From assembly GCA_018238545.1 (NCBI GenBank), contig JABCTC010000004.1:32001-96000 (forward strand): a stretch of DNA of 64,000 bases, in the 5' to 3' direction. The position numbers were made by a program, and so were the translations under genes. The notes below the pieces were generated by a model. That model had not been told where the DNA came from, did not search any database, and worked only from the letters and a program-made list of their open reading frames with translations. Positions 18,065 through 28,029 of the stretch are shown piece after piece; within the stretch, counting starts at the first letter, position 1, and each line of letters opens with the position of its first letter. This DNA comes from Candidatus Heimdallarchaeota archaeon. GTDB lineage: Archaea > Asgardarchaeota > Heimdallarchaeia > Heimdallarchaeales > Heimdallarchaeaceae.

Positions 18065-18826
18065 TCATCTACCTATAATTAATCTAAATAATAGTACAAC
18101 TTTCTTCTTCAGATTTATTTCAATCAGTGTACCATCTGTTAATAACTCTGTAGGTTTTCCAAGTGATTCAAGTTTGGAAGATGAGATGATAATAGAATCT
18201 AATGTTTCGTACAATTTCATGGTATAGTAAAGTGGGTTCTTCCGATGATATGATCCAACCCAAGCTTTTTCTCTTGAAGCTAAAATAAAATTCGCACCAG
18301 TATAATCCCATTCACCCATAATGGATTCAACAAGTGATTTTTTCATCGTCCAATCATTTTCTCTCAGAGAAGTTAATAGTGAATAGAAGTATTTTTCTGA
18401 GTCTGTCGTACCTCTAAGATAAAATTTCTCTTTGCAATAATTGTTTATCTGAGATGTAATTGTTCCATGATGAGCAAAGACATACTCATCTCCATTGTAC
18501 CAATAGAATGGATGATTGTTTGATAACTTCACTGCCATATTGGGTGAAGCTCTTCTAGCATGAGCTAATAGAATAGGTGATTGGATTTTTTCCCATTCAG
18601 GGATAGGGGGTCGTTCACTAATTGATTCATTGAATCTTCTCACTTCATAATGATCATTATGCATGAATGAGTAACCATAACCATCAACATGGTTGAAGAG
18701 CTTGTTTTCGTTATGTTCATGTACATCCTTCTTCATTTCTCCAACATAATCTGAACAAGTATCAAGATAGTCTTGGTAAACTGATGATGAAACATTATTA
18801 CCTATTTGGAAAAATAAGCGACACAT
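18065..18826 (-). CDS. Class II (Ntn) glutamine amidotransferase, YafJ/EgtC-like
   Basis: N-terminal MCRL, HVDGYG, LAHARRAS, NNHPF, GTTDSE. Confidence 0.85.
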   Translation of the reverse strand: MCRLFFQIGNNVSSSVYQDYLDTCSDYVGEMKKDVHEHNENKLFNHVDGYGYSFMHNDHYEVRRFNESISERPPIPEWEKIQSPILLAHARRASPNMAVKLSNNHPFYWYNGDEYVFAHHGTITSQINNYCKEKFYLRGTTDSEKYFYSLLTSLRENDWTMKKSLVESIMGEWDYTGANFILASREKAWVGSYHRKNPLYYTMKLYETLDSIIISSSKLESLGKPTELLTDGTLIEINLKKKVVLLFRLIIGR

Positions 18827-18956
18827 TTTTGCTAACCAATGATGTACTTAGTTGTCTTTTCTTAAAACTTTCTCCTAAAATAAATTTAATTAGCTACTAT
18901 CACCAAATTTTCTTCCTAACCCTAACATTTTTTTATGTCTGGAGAAATTTTATTTC

Positions 18957-20252
18957 ATGCCCGAATCAACTTACAAACATATAAATGATATAGAAACCTC
19001 GGACAAAGAAGTAAAAATTCGAGGATGGGTTTATAGAATCCGTAAAATGAAAGACAAGGTATTTGTCGTTTTACGAGACGCTACTGGTATACTTCAATGT
19101 ATTGGAAAGCTAGAAGATCTCTCTGAAGAAGCTTGGAACAATCTTAATGAAGTAGCTATTGAGAATGCTATTGCTGTTAAAGGCAATGCTAAAGAAGATT
19201 CTAGGGCAGTAAATAATATCGAGGTAGTTCTAACTGATTTCACCATCATTCACAAAGGTGAAGTTTTCCCTATTGCTAAGGATCAAAGCAAAGAATTCAT
19301 GTTAGATAACACCCATTTATTTGTTAGAAGCTACAAATCAACTAACATCATGAAAGTCAAAGCTAACGTTCTAAGAGCAGCTAGAGAATGGTTTTATGAT
19401 AACAAATTCTACGAAGTCACACCACCCATATTGACAGGTTCTGCTTGTGAAGGAGGCTCTACTCTATTTGATTTGAAGTATTTCGATCAGAAAGCATATT
19501 TGAGTCAAAGCGTTCAACTTTATCTTGAAGCATTGATATACAGTTTAGAGAAAGTGTATGCAATTACTCCAAGTTTCAGAGCAGAAAAGATGAGAACAAA
19601 AAGACACATCAATGAATTCTGGCACATAGAGGGTGAAGAAGCATTTGTGGATTTTGAAGGAAACATGAAGATACAAGAAGAACTTGTTGCTTTCATAGTC
19701 CAATATGTTCTTGAGAACAACAAGAAGGAACTTAAAGAACTGGAAAGAGACACTACAATCTTGGAACAAATAAAAGCTCCTTTCAAGAAAATCACTTACG
19801 AAGAAGCTATCAACACTCTAAATGAAAATGGTCACAAATTGAAATGGGATGATGACATTAAAACAGAGGAAGAAAGAGATCTCTCAAACATAATAGGGGA
19901 ACCTTTCTTCGTTTCCATGTATCCCTCGGCTCACAAACCATTCTACGTTAAAATCAATGAAAAAGATCCAAAATGGTGCTATTCAGCTGATCTTATGGCT
20001 TCAGAAGGATTTGGTGAGATAATCACTGGTGGTCAGAGAGAAGATGTTCTAAAAACACTAGTAGAAAGGATTATTGCCGAAGGTTGGTCACCTGAAGATT
20101 ACGAATGGTACATAGATTTACGTAAATATGGTTCCGTTTATCATTCTGGTTTTGGTTTAGGAGCTGAAAGACTTACATGGTGGTTATGTGGTCTTGATGC
20201 TATTCAAGAAACCCAACCCTTCCCAAGAACAAGGAACAGAATTTATCCTTGA
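18957..20252 (+). CDS. asnS: Asparagine--tRNA ligase
   Basis: OB-fold RGWV..R; EGGSTLF, YLSQSVQLYLE, FRAEK, EFWHIE, GEIITGGQRE, GFGLGAER, PFPR. Confidence 0.9.
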   Translation: MPESTYKHINDIETSDKEVKIRGWVYRIRKMKDKVFVVLRDATGILQCIGKLEDLSEEAWNNLNEVAIENAIAVKGNAKEDSRAVNNIEVVLTDFTIIHKGEVFPIAKDQSKEFMLDNTHLFVRSYKSTNIMKVKANVLRAAREWFYDNKFYEVTPPILTGSACEGGSTLFDLKYFDQKAYLSQSVQLYLEALIYSLEKVYAITPSFRAEKMRTKRHINEFWHIEGEEAFVDFEGNMKIQEELVAFIVQYVLENNKKELKELERDTTILEQIKAPFKKITYEEAINTLNENGHKLKWDDDIKTEEERDLSNIIGEPFFVSMYPSAHKPFYVKINEKDPKWCYSADLMASEGFGEIITGGQREDVLKTLVERIIAEGWSPEDYEWYIDLRKYGSVYHSGFGLGAERLTWWLCGLDAIQETQPFPRTRNRIYP

Positions 20253-20275
20253 TTTTTCTCTTTTTCATGAAGATT

Positions 20276-21600
20276 TTATTTCTTTTTAATGAATTCAAAA
20301 ATTTCTGATTTGTTGTTTACATATAGCTGGTTGGACATACCCACATTTCTTTTTACAATGAGTTCTTTATTTTCCAATTTAACAATTATTCTTGATATAC
20401 TAGCCTTAGATAAATTTAAAGCATTAGCTATTTTGATTTGTGTTGTACCTGGATTTGATACTATCTCATCAAAAACCTTCATCTCTGTTTCTTTAAGAAT
20501 AGATGATAACTTTTCTTGGTCGAAGGAATAGGTTTCCACAAGTTTTTCAGATACTACACCCATCTTCTTCAACTTCCTCCAGTTAAGAAAGAGTAATGTT
20601 GAACCAATAATTAGAAATGTAAAGAGAACAGATAATATAATAATTGTAATTGTTAAAGGTTGTATATAATTATTTACAGTAAAAGTAATAGAACATTCTA
20701 AGTAAGCATAAAGAGATACATTGGTTAGAAAAGTTATTTTGCCCTCAAATTCACCGATTCTAGAGATATCAATTTCCACATCTTATATTTCTGTATATCC
20801 ACCCATGTTTCATCTGACAATATAGATACATTAACTGGGATATTCAGAAGATTTGTTATCACATATTGTTTTACAATACTTGTTTGACTTTTAGGAATAA
20901 TTCCAAGATCCCAAGAGTTTGGAGTTACCAATATAGGTAGATATTCGAGATTAATCTCATATGATATCATCAAGTCAAAATTAGCTATATTAGAAAGTTC
21001 CCAAGATAATTTCAACCTTTGATTCACAATATTAGTTGAGTGAGCAGGTGGAGAGCTAGATCTTAGCACTAAATTTGGATCTATATATGCAGAAACTGAA
21101 TAGACAGAGATATTTTGCGTCCAAGATAAGCTTGAATTTAACATGAAATCATTATTTTCAACAGAAGGCAGGAAGCTGGATAGTAAAACAATACTGTAGG
21201 TTTCACCTAAATTCAATATTTCCGGCAATTCATATGAAACATTTGTGAAACCTGTGCTAGCATTGTAAAAAGATGAAACAAGGAGATTTCTGTTCCACTC
21301 ATCTGTTACAATTATTTCAGAGTGATCTCCAGAAAGTTGTAAACTATCAAAAAAATAACTTGCTGATTCAACAACTTGTCTGTACTCAACAAATATTGTT
21401 AAGCTAACTCTTGTAACTGTTACTGAATAAGTTATATCCACACTAGAAATCATCGTAGAAAGGTCATCAATGATAATATTATCTGAATATGGACTAAAAT
21501 TTGTAGTAGCGTTACAGAAAATTAATGGATAAAAAAGAAGACATGAAAATAATACCAGTCCTAATTTCTTCATTTTTATCATCTGATTTATTAATTTCAT
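20276..21600 (-). pseudogene. Split membrane-anchored wHTH regulator (extracellular domain - TM - HTH), frameshift near 20780
   Basis: 20734..21600 encodes a signal peptide and extracellular beta-rich domain. The overlapping 20276..20779 continues the Ig-like strands, then TM and GTTQIKIANALNLSKASISRIIVKLE. Confidence 0.55.
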
Positions 21601-21650
21601 TTTCCAGTTTTTTAATCTTGTTGCTTAATTCTTCCTCTGAAAGATACATT

Positions 21651-23627
21651 TTACAACCTATCTTGCTGATTTCGTCGTTTTTTACTGTAGAACAAGTTCT
21701 TCAATTTATTATTAGAACTGAGAAATATCAAAATAATAGCAAAAAAGATTGAAGAAAGATAACTTGTAGATGTGGGAGTTTCAATATAACCTGCTGCCGT
21801 TAACCATTCTGTAGTTTTATTGAGATTGTAATCATATTTTACAACATCATCATTATACCAATATTCCAATAAAGAAGGAATAACACTATGAGTAACTAAA
21901 TACTCTCCATTGTTAATTTCTTGATTTAGTTCTTCACGATTTATAGCATAGCAGATAGCTTTTCTGACAGCTGTTCCTTTTGTATACTCTTCTTTTCCTA
22001 CTTCATCTAAGTAGATAAAATTGGATGCACCTCCAATAAACGATCTGCGTAAATTGAATGCTAGGAAGGAAAATGTGTTAGTAAATCTAGAATGTATTGT
22101 GAATTGAGGATCTTGTTCCATAACTCTTCTTTCTTCTGAGAAAATGCTTAAGTAGTACATTAGGTCATAATTTCCTTCCATGAACCCATTAAATTCACCC
22201 CACACATCAGGCTCAACAATAATTTTTATTGTTTCCAGATCAAGTGTTTGGGTTTCACCATTTTTTGCCCCAATATTCATCCACCAAGGTGATTTTTGAA
22301 GCACGGTTATAATGCTGGAGTTATGATAATCTAGCAAATATTTACCACAACCAAAGCTAGATTTGTAATATGTTTCCCAAGTTGTTGTATTATCTATTCC
22401 TTCGTATATACCTTTCATTTCAATTCCTCCTGAGCTTAAACTTGAAACACTAGAAGTCGAATTTAGAAAGAATTCAGGAAGTATATATTCTGTCAAAGAC
22501 AGCCAAAAAGAAGGATATGCTTCCAGCTCTTGCGTTTCAGGATCTCCATCTATTTCAATAAAAAAAACAAGATTATCTTCAGGATCTATCCAAGCTTTAT
22601 TAAGCCAATTAAATCTTTCAGAATATTCGCTTATCAAAGGATTTGCTAATGAGAGCAGAGTGAATATAACATCTTCTGAGGTGACTTGTTGATTTGTTCC
22701 ATTACTAAATTCATCTTGTAACCCAATCATAAGAGGAGTTGTATTGATATCGAGTTTTAAGGAATGTTCATCACGGTTTGTAATGTTAAATGAAGGGTTC
22801 CAGTAAACATTGTCGCGCATCGTGAATTTGAACAAGTTAGAATTAGTAGTACTTTGAGCCCAATCAATGATTAAACCTGTTTTGAGGGGTTCAAGACTTG
22901 GCTTTAATTGCAATGTTTGTTCGCTTATTAACGAAAAGACAAAATCGCTTGAATGTTCTTCATAAGGATTAAAATATTCCCACTTGGCATCTGTTAACAC
23001 TAATTCTTCGACTGAAGATTGGTTTATGTGGAGTCCTTCAAAACGCATATATGGCAAAGAATCAGTTAAGCCCCATTTGAAGTCAAATCCCTTAAGATTA
23101 CTCCAAGTAGCTGCATAAGAATATGATGAAAATAATGGTAACATAGGTAGAATTTTATCTAAAAGTAATTCTTGCCATTCGTAACAGATTTGCTGTCTTG
23201 CTTCAAAATCCATTGTCTCTGAAATTTGTTCAAGCAGATGTTCATTTGATGCCCCATAGGGGATTTCAGTATTTACGCCTACAAAGTTCAACGTTCCGTT
23301 TTCTGAGAAAAAAACACTCATATCAGGGTCATAACCTCCTGTCATTCCAGTAATTATAAAATCAAAATCATGTGTATTAAGAATAATATCTACAAATACT
23401 GTCCACTCAACAATCTTCAGTGTGATGATGATTCCATAAGGTCTTAGATATTCCATGATGTATGCATTATAATCTCGGATCACCCCTCCTCCTTGCACAA
23501 TCGTTGTTAAATATACTTTATTTGATGTATATTCGCCTTCTACCTTGTGAATCATCGAGGTTGCGAAAAATACAATTAAAATCAAGCTTATACTTTTTTT
23601 CTTGTTGAGCTTCATCATTTCTTTCAA
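21651..23627 (-). CDS. Family 5 (Opp/Dpp-like) solute-binding protein, circularly permuted, C-terminal TM
   Basis: FTMRDNVYW, VTSEDVIFT, GCGKY, FLAFNL, VRKAICYAINRE, YDYNLNK; N-terminal GIIITLKIVEW, DPD, ARQQICYEWQ. Confidence 0.8.
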   Translation of the reverse strand: MKEMMKLNKKKSISLILIVFFATSMIHKVEGEYTSNKVYLTTIVQGGGVIRDYNAYIMEYLRPYGIIITLKIVEWTVFVDIILNTHDFDFIITGMTGGYDPDMSVFFSENGTLNFVGVNTEIPYGASNEHLLEQISETMDFEARQQICYEWQELLLDKILPMLPLFSSYSYAATWSNLKGFDFKWGLTDSLPYMRFEGLHINQSSVEELVLTDAKWEYFNPYEEHSSDFVFSLISEQTLQLKPSLEPLKTGLIIDWAQSTTNSNLFKFTMRDNVYWNPSFNITNRDEHSLKLDINTTPLMIGLQDEFSNGTNQQVTSEDVIFTLLSLANPLISEYSERFNWLNKAWIDPEDNLVFFIEIDGDPETQELEAYPSFWLSLTEYILPEFFLNSTSSVSSLSSGGIEMKGIYEGIDNTTTWETYYKSSFGCGKYLLDYHNSSIITVLQKSPWWMNIGAKNGETQTLDLETIKIIVEPDVWGEFNGFMEGNYDLMYYLSIFSEERRVMEQDPQFTIHSRFTNTFSFLAFNLRRSFIGGASNFIYLDEVGKEEYTKGTAVRKAICYAINREELNQEINNGEYLVTHSVIPSLLEYWYNDDVVKYDYNLNKTTEWLTAAGYIETPTSTSYLSSIFFAIILIFLSSNNKLKNLFYSKKRRNQQDRL

Positions 23628-23728
23628 GAAATACTAAGTATGAAACAACCTAAAAGACTATTGCGTAACATATGTTCCGTTTTCTCAAAACAACGGATAA
23701 TAGAAAATAGAAAAAAAGTAAAGAATGT

Positions 23729-24571
23729 TTAATGCTCTTTGTGAGCATTATCGAAGAAATGTATTTTGTGATAAATTTCTCCATCTTTATTATGAGGAGT
23801 TCGAACTAAATGTCCACTTGCTTTCTCAAGTTCTCTAACTTCATCTGAAATAATACTTGCTTGTCTAACCATCTCGTGAGCAGCTGCTACCTTGATTAGT
23901 GCTCTGGTTTTATCTTTTTCACCCCAGCAACCATTTACATTTAGTTTTCCTGCATCTTGCAAGATTCTTAAAGCTGCAAAAGCTTTTGGTCTAGAATAGT
24001 CATTTCCAAAGGGATAGCTTTCTGTAACACCAATTGGCGATAGATTTCTTGTTGGTAATTCAGGTTTCTTTCCTTCTTTAAGCATGTCAATAACTTCATC
24101 AAACAATCTTGTGATGTAAGCGAATACTCCACAGGAACTGAATGTTTCTATGATATATCCATTGAAGAGACACATTTCTGTTGGGTCAAGAAAGTCTATT
24201 TTTGCACCAATCATTGGGTCAAACGAAACGATGACATAACCTACACCATCAGCTTTCCATTTCTCTCTCATTTCTTTATCAGCTGTATCAGATACGACGA
24301 TAACTGGAAACTTGTCTTTATATTTCTCAATAACTGCTTGTGGCCCTTTGTCTTTTGCGTTTGGCGAAATCATTACCATTAAATCAGTTTCAACTTGATC
24401 AATAAGAGGGAATAGCCTTTCTGCTGCTTCAGGTTTCATCTTTGTAGATGAGCTTAAGACTGTAACTTCTATATCTTTTCTACTCGCTCTTTCATCTAGC
24501 ATAATATCAATTAAGGTAGTTAACGTTATGTTACCTAGCTTAACAAATGTTATTTTAACCATAGTAATCAA
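23729..24571 (-). CDS. mtd: F420-dependent methylene-H4MPT dehydrogenase (likely start ATG 24562)
   Basis: KLGNI, LDERASRKDI, KMKPE, ISPN, DPMIGAK..FLDPTEM, AAAHEMVR, DEVRELEK, RTPH. Confidence 0.92.
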   Translation of the reverse strand: MITMVKITFVKLGNITLTTLIDIMLDERASRKDIEVTVLSSSTKMKPEAAERLFPLIDQVETDLMVMISPNAKDKGPQAVIEKYKDKFPVIVVSDTADKEMREKWKADGVGYVIVSFDPMIGAKIDFLDPTEMCLFNGYIIETFSSCGVFAYITRLFDEVIDMLKEGKKPELPTRNLSPIGVTESYPFGNDYSRPKAFAALRILQDAGKLNVNGCWGEKDKTRALIKVAAAHEMVRQASIISDEVRELEKASGHLVRTPHNKDGEIYHKIHFFDNAHKEH

Positions 24572-24690
24572 ATAATATTTTTTGTCCCCTTTATTAACAT
24601 TATTTGTTTGACCTAATTATTGAATGTGGATGGTTTTAAAATTCAACAAATAGGAATATTTTTTAGAACACAAGTATTTAGAATATTCAT

Positions 24691-25407
24691 ATGGCAAAAC
24701 GAGACCCTTTGATTATTGGTACAGCTTCTGTACTTATAGTCGCTTTCACTATTTCTCTACTAAATATCTATGTTTTTCCAAACATATTCTTTTCTGTTGA
24801 TATCCACAGAAACACCGATAATGAAATTCAATTAGATATTTTACATGAAATTGAAAATATTGGGTTAAATACCTCTATCTGGGATGGAATCAACAGAACT
24901 AGATTAATTGTTGTTAATCCAGAGTTTTCTCTCACAAACATTACATTAATGTTAACGCGTTCACTTAACAAATATTCAGCGGCGTATGATTCTTACAATG
25001 ATAGACCAAGAAGAATAACTTTAGATTACAATGGAACAATCCTAGGAGCATCAAATGAATCAGCTGTATATCTTGATTGGATGGTATCTCTGTTTGGTGA
25101 AACTTATGCTGGAAATTACTTTGTATATCTTAATACAACATTAGATTATAATGCACATTCTAATCTCGAAGAATCGGAATTACCTTCTTTCAACAGAACA
25201 GATGTGGAAGGCAACCTTACTGCTATCTTGAATGACCCAACAAGAGAGCCATTCTTTGTTATCTACCAATCAATCAGTTATTATGAAAGTAGAGGTCTCT
25301 TCAGCTCTTATTCCATCAATTTTTCAAGACTTGTTCTTACAAATGAATTTGGTGATGTGATCTTCTTTCTATCTAACGAAGGTTCATGGAATAGTCCTTT
25401 GTTCTGA
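24691..25407 (+). CDS. Hypothetical N-terminal TM protein
   Basis: 238-aa ORF with an N-terminal hydrophobic helix. Confidence 0.6.
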   Translation: MAKRDPLIIGTASVLIVAFTISLLNIYVFPNIFFSVDIHRNTDNEIQLDILHEIENIGLNTSIWDGINRTRLIVVNPEFSLTNITLMLTRSLNKYSAAYDSYNDRPRRITLDYNGTILGASNESAVYLDWMVSLFGETYAGNYFVYLNTTLDYNAHSNLEESELPSFNRTDVEGNLTAILNDPTREPFFVIYQSISYYESRGLFSSYSINFSRLVLTNEFGDVIFFLSNEGSWNSPLF

Positions 25408-25463
25408 TAAAACTCCTTTTCCTTTTTCAAAATGTTTAAATCAAAACTACTGTTTGTATAATT

Positions 25464-25967
25464 ATGGCTCAACAAAATCAACCTTTTGGGTTCAAAGTGA
25501 GACAAAGATTCTTTGCCTTGACCGCTACTTATGACATCGAGGATATGGCTACAGGACAACAGATCTTCAAAGCTAAGCGGAAGTTCTTCACTTTCTTTAA
25601 AACTATAATAATCGAAGATATGCAAGGAAGAGAAGTTGTGAGACTTAAAGCTAACTTGTTATTTATGAATAAATGGAAAATTATTCAAAATGGGCATGTT
25701 GTAGGTTTAGTTAAATTCCCTCTTATACGATTCTGTGGTATAAAGTTTTCAGTTGAATTAGCGGGTAACGAATATCATGCTTCAGATCTTTTAGCATATT
25801 CATTTACTGCAAGAAACTTGAATAATCAGATAGGTTTCACATTAGATAGAAGAATTCTAACTATAAAAGACACTTACAAAGTAGATGTATATCCTCCTTT
25901 GGAACCAATATTCGGTCTAGCTGCAACTTTGGCAATTGATTATAGATTTTTCCAAAATAGAAATTAA
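25464..25967 (+). CDS. LURP-one/tubby-like (scramblase-like) family protein
   Basis: FKVRQRFFAL..TYDIED..G...FKAK; IKDTYKVDV; ATLAID. Confidence 0.75.
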   Translation: MAQQNQPFGFKVRQRFFALTATYDIEDMATGQQIFKAKRKFFTFFKTIIIEDMQGREVVRLKANLLFMNKWKIIQNGHVVGLVKFPLIRFCGIKFSVELAGNEYHASDLLAYSFTARNLNNQIGFTLDRRILTIKDTYKVDVYPPLEPIFGLAATLAIDYRFFQNRN

Positions 25968-26030
25968 TTCAATTTCTACTTTTTTTTCCTTTTGAAAGGT
26001 TTTTAAATAACTTTTTTTGTGGATTGATAG

Positions 26031-26903
26031 ATGAAAAAAGAAATCAAGGATCTTCTAGACAATTACTCAGTCTCTGAATATGAAAAATTAGCAAAAGCTC
26101 AAGATTTAGTTATGTCAGATAATACTTCAATTAGAGTGTTAACAAGCAAACCTGAAAAAAGCAAAGCAAACGGTTATGTTCTATTTGTAGTGCCAGGCTG
26201 GTCTACAGTTGTTCCTGCCTGGGAAAAGTTCTTGATGGAAGCAATGAAAGATTTTGAGATAGTATATTTTGAATCTAGGGAAAAAGCATCTAGTGGACTT
26301 ACAAGAAAATCTGAAGTTGGAATGCCTCGTATGGCTCTTGATTTAAAAGAAGTGATTGAACAATTAAAACTTGATGAAAAAAAACTAGTTATGTTCGGTT
26401 CATGTATAGGTGCAACAACTATTGTTTGTGGCTTAGTAGATAAGTTATATAATCCACATTTACCAGTGTTAGTGGCTCCTCCTGCAAGATTTGAGTATCC
26501 GGAATTTCACAGACCCTTCATAGCCATAACTCCTTCATTCTTTCTTAATATTGCAAAACCTTTGGGAAGATTCTGGTTAATTAAATTCAAATCAGGGTCG
26601 CCACAACAAGCTGCAAAATACATTAGAGCTTTAGAGGAAGCTGATGGTTTCAAATGGAAGAAAATGGGACTTTATCTTGCTTACAAAAGATACTGGAAAG
26701 TGTTTCCCTTGGTTGAAAATCATGTCTTACTCATTGCTGCTGAAAATGATAAGATGCACGATGCGAAAGTAACAAGAAAAGTGAAGGACCTAATAAAAAA
26801 CGCTCAATATATTGATCTGAAAACCAATGAAAATACTCATTCTAAAGTTATGATAGACACAATAAGAGAGCATATACCGAAATTTAAAGGTCTTAATCAC
26901 TAA
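26031..26903 (+). CDS. Alpha/beta-hydrolase fold protein
   Basis: FVVPGW, FGSCIGA elbow, LLIAAENDKM, late His (NTHS). Confidence 0.75.
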   Translation: MKKEIKDLLDNYSVSEYEKLAKAQDLVMSDNTSIRVLTSKPEKSKANGYVLFVVPGWSTVVPAWEKFLMEAMKDFEIVYFESREKASSGLTRKSEVGMPRMALDLKEVIEQLKLDEKKLVMFGSCIGATTIVCGLVDKLYNPHLPVLVAPPARFEYPEFHRPFIAITPSFFLNIAKPLGRFWLIKFKSGSPQQAAKYIRALEEADGFKWKKMGLYLAYKRYWKVFPLVENHVLLIAAENDKMHDAKVTRKVKDLIKNAQYIDLKTNENTHSKVMIDTIREHIPKFKGLNH

Positions 26904-26943
26904 TCACATTAGATTTTAATATTCATACTATCTATTTTTATTT

Positions 26944-28014
26944 GTGAAGATCAAGAGCTTAGGATTAGACAATATACGTTCTGTAGAATGGATAGATGAT
27001 ACCGAAAGTTTGCAACTGATTGACCAAAGACTAATTCCATTTCGTGTAGCATTTGTTCAGTTAACTTCTGTTGAAGACGTTTGTAGATCTATAAAAGAAA
27101 TGGTTGTTCGAGGAGCACCTGCAATTGGTGCCACGGCTGCATACGGCATGGTACTATCAGTTAAAGAAGCAAATAATGTTTCCAAACAAGCAAGAAAAGA
27201 GTCTTTTGAAAGAAATTATAATGATATCCTTTCCACTCGTCCAACTGCAATTGATTTAAGTAATTTTGCTAAGAAGATATACGATAAAGCACTTGAAACT
27301 GATTATTCTTTTGATGAATCGCTCAAAGTTGCCAAGATTTCAGTTGATAAAATGGTTGAAGAGTGTAAAAACATAGGTGAAAAGAGCACGGATTATATAG
27401 AAGATGGGGATTCAATATTAACTCATTGTAATGCAGGACCATTAGCAACAATTGACTTTGGTACTGCTTTGGCTCCTTTTTACAAGGCCAAAGAAGATGG
27501 GAAGGAGATAACAGTCTATGTGGATGAAACAAGACCTAGATTACAAGGTGCAAAAATAACTGCTTGGGAGTTAGAACAAGCTGAGATCAAACATAAAATC
27601 ATACCTGACTCTGCTGCATCTTTTCTCATGTCAAAGGGCAAGATTAACAAAGTAATCCTGGGAGCTGATAGATGTTTGAAAGATGGAACAATTTCGAATA
27701 AAATAGGAACACTATCAGTAGCAGTGAATGCAAAATATTTTGATATACCTTTCTATTCATCATTTCCATGGTCAACAATAGATCTTGAATCAGATTCTAT
27801 TGAAGATTTCAAAATTGAATATAGAGATGAGAAAGAAGTAAAATATGTAACAAGTTATGAAGATGAGATGTTAATAGCCAATCCTAAATCTAACGCTTTA
27901 AACCCAGCATTTGATATAACTCCTCCTGAACTCATAACTGGTTATTTTACTCCAGATGGAGTATTATCTCTAAATGTATTGAAAAGTAAGATAAAAAGTT
28001 TAAATAAAAAATAA
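26944..28014 (+). CDS. mtnA: S-methyl-5-thioribose-1-phosphate isomerase
   Basis: LIDQR, MVVRGAPAIG, RPTA, LTHCNAG.LAT, DETRPRLQGAKIT.WEL, GADR, NKIGT, NPAFDITP. Confidence 0.92.
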   Translation: MKIKSLGLDNIRSVEWIDDTESLQLIDQRLIPFRVAFVQLTSVEDVCRSIKEMVVRGAPAIGATAAYGMVLSVKEANNVSKQARKESFERNYNDILSTRPTAIDLSNFAKKIYDKALETDYSFDESLKVAKISVDKMVEECKNIGEKSTDYIEDGDSILTHCNAGPLATIDFGTALAPFYKAKEDGKEITVYVDETRPRLQGAKITAWELEQAEIKHKIIPDSAASFLMSKGKINKVILGADRCLKDGTISNKIGTLSVAVNAKYFDIPFYSSFPWSTIDLESDSIEDFKIEYRDEKEVKYVTSYEDEMLIANPKSNALNPAFDITPPELITGYFTPDGVLSLNVLKSKIKSLNKK

Positions 28015-28029
28015 AAAAGGAAAAAAGGA

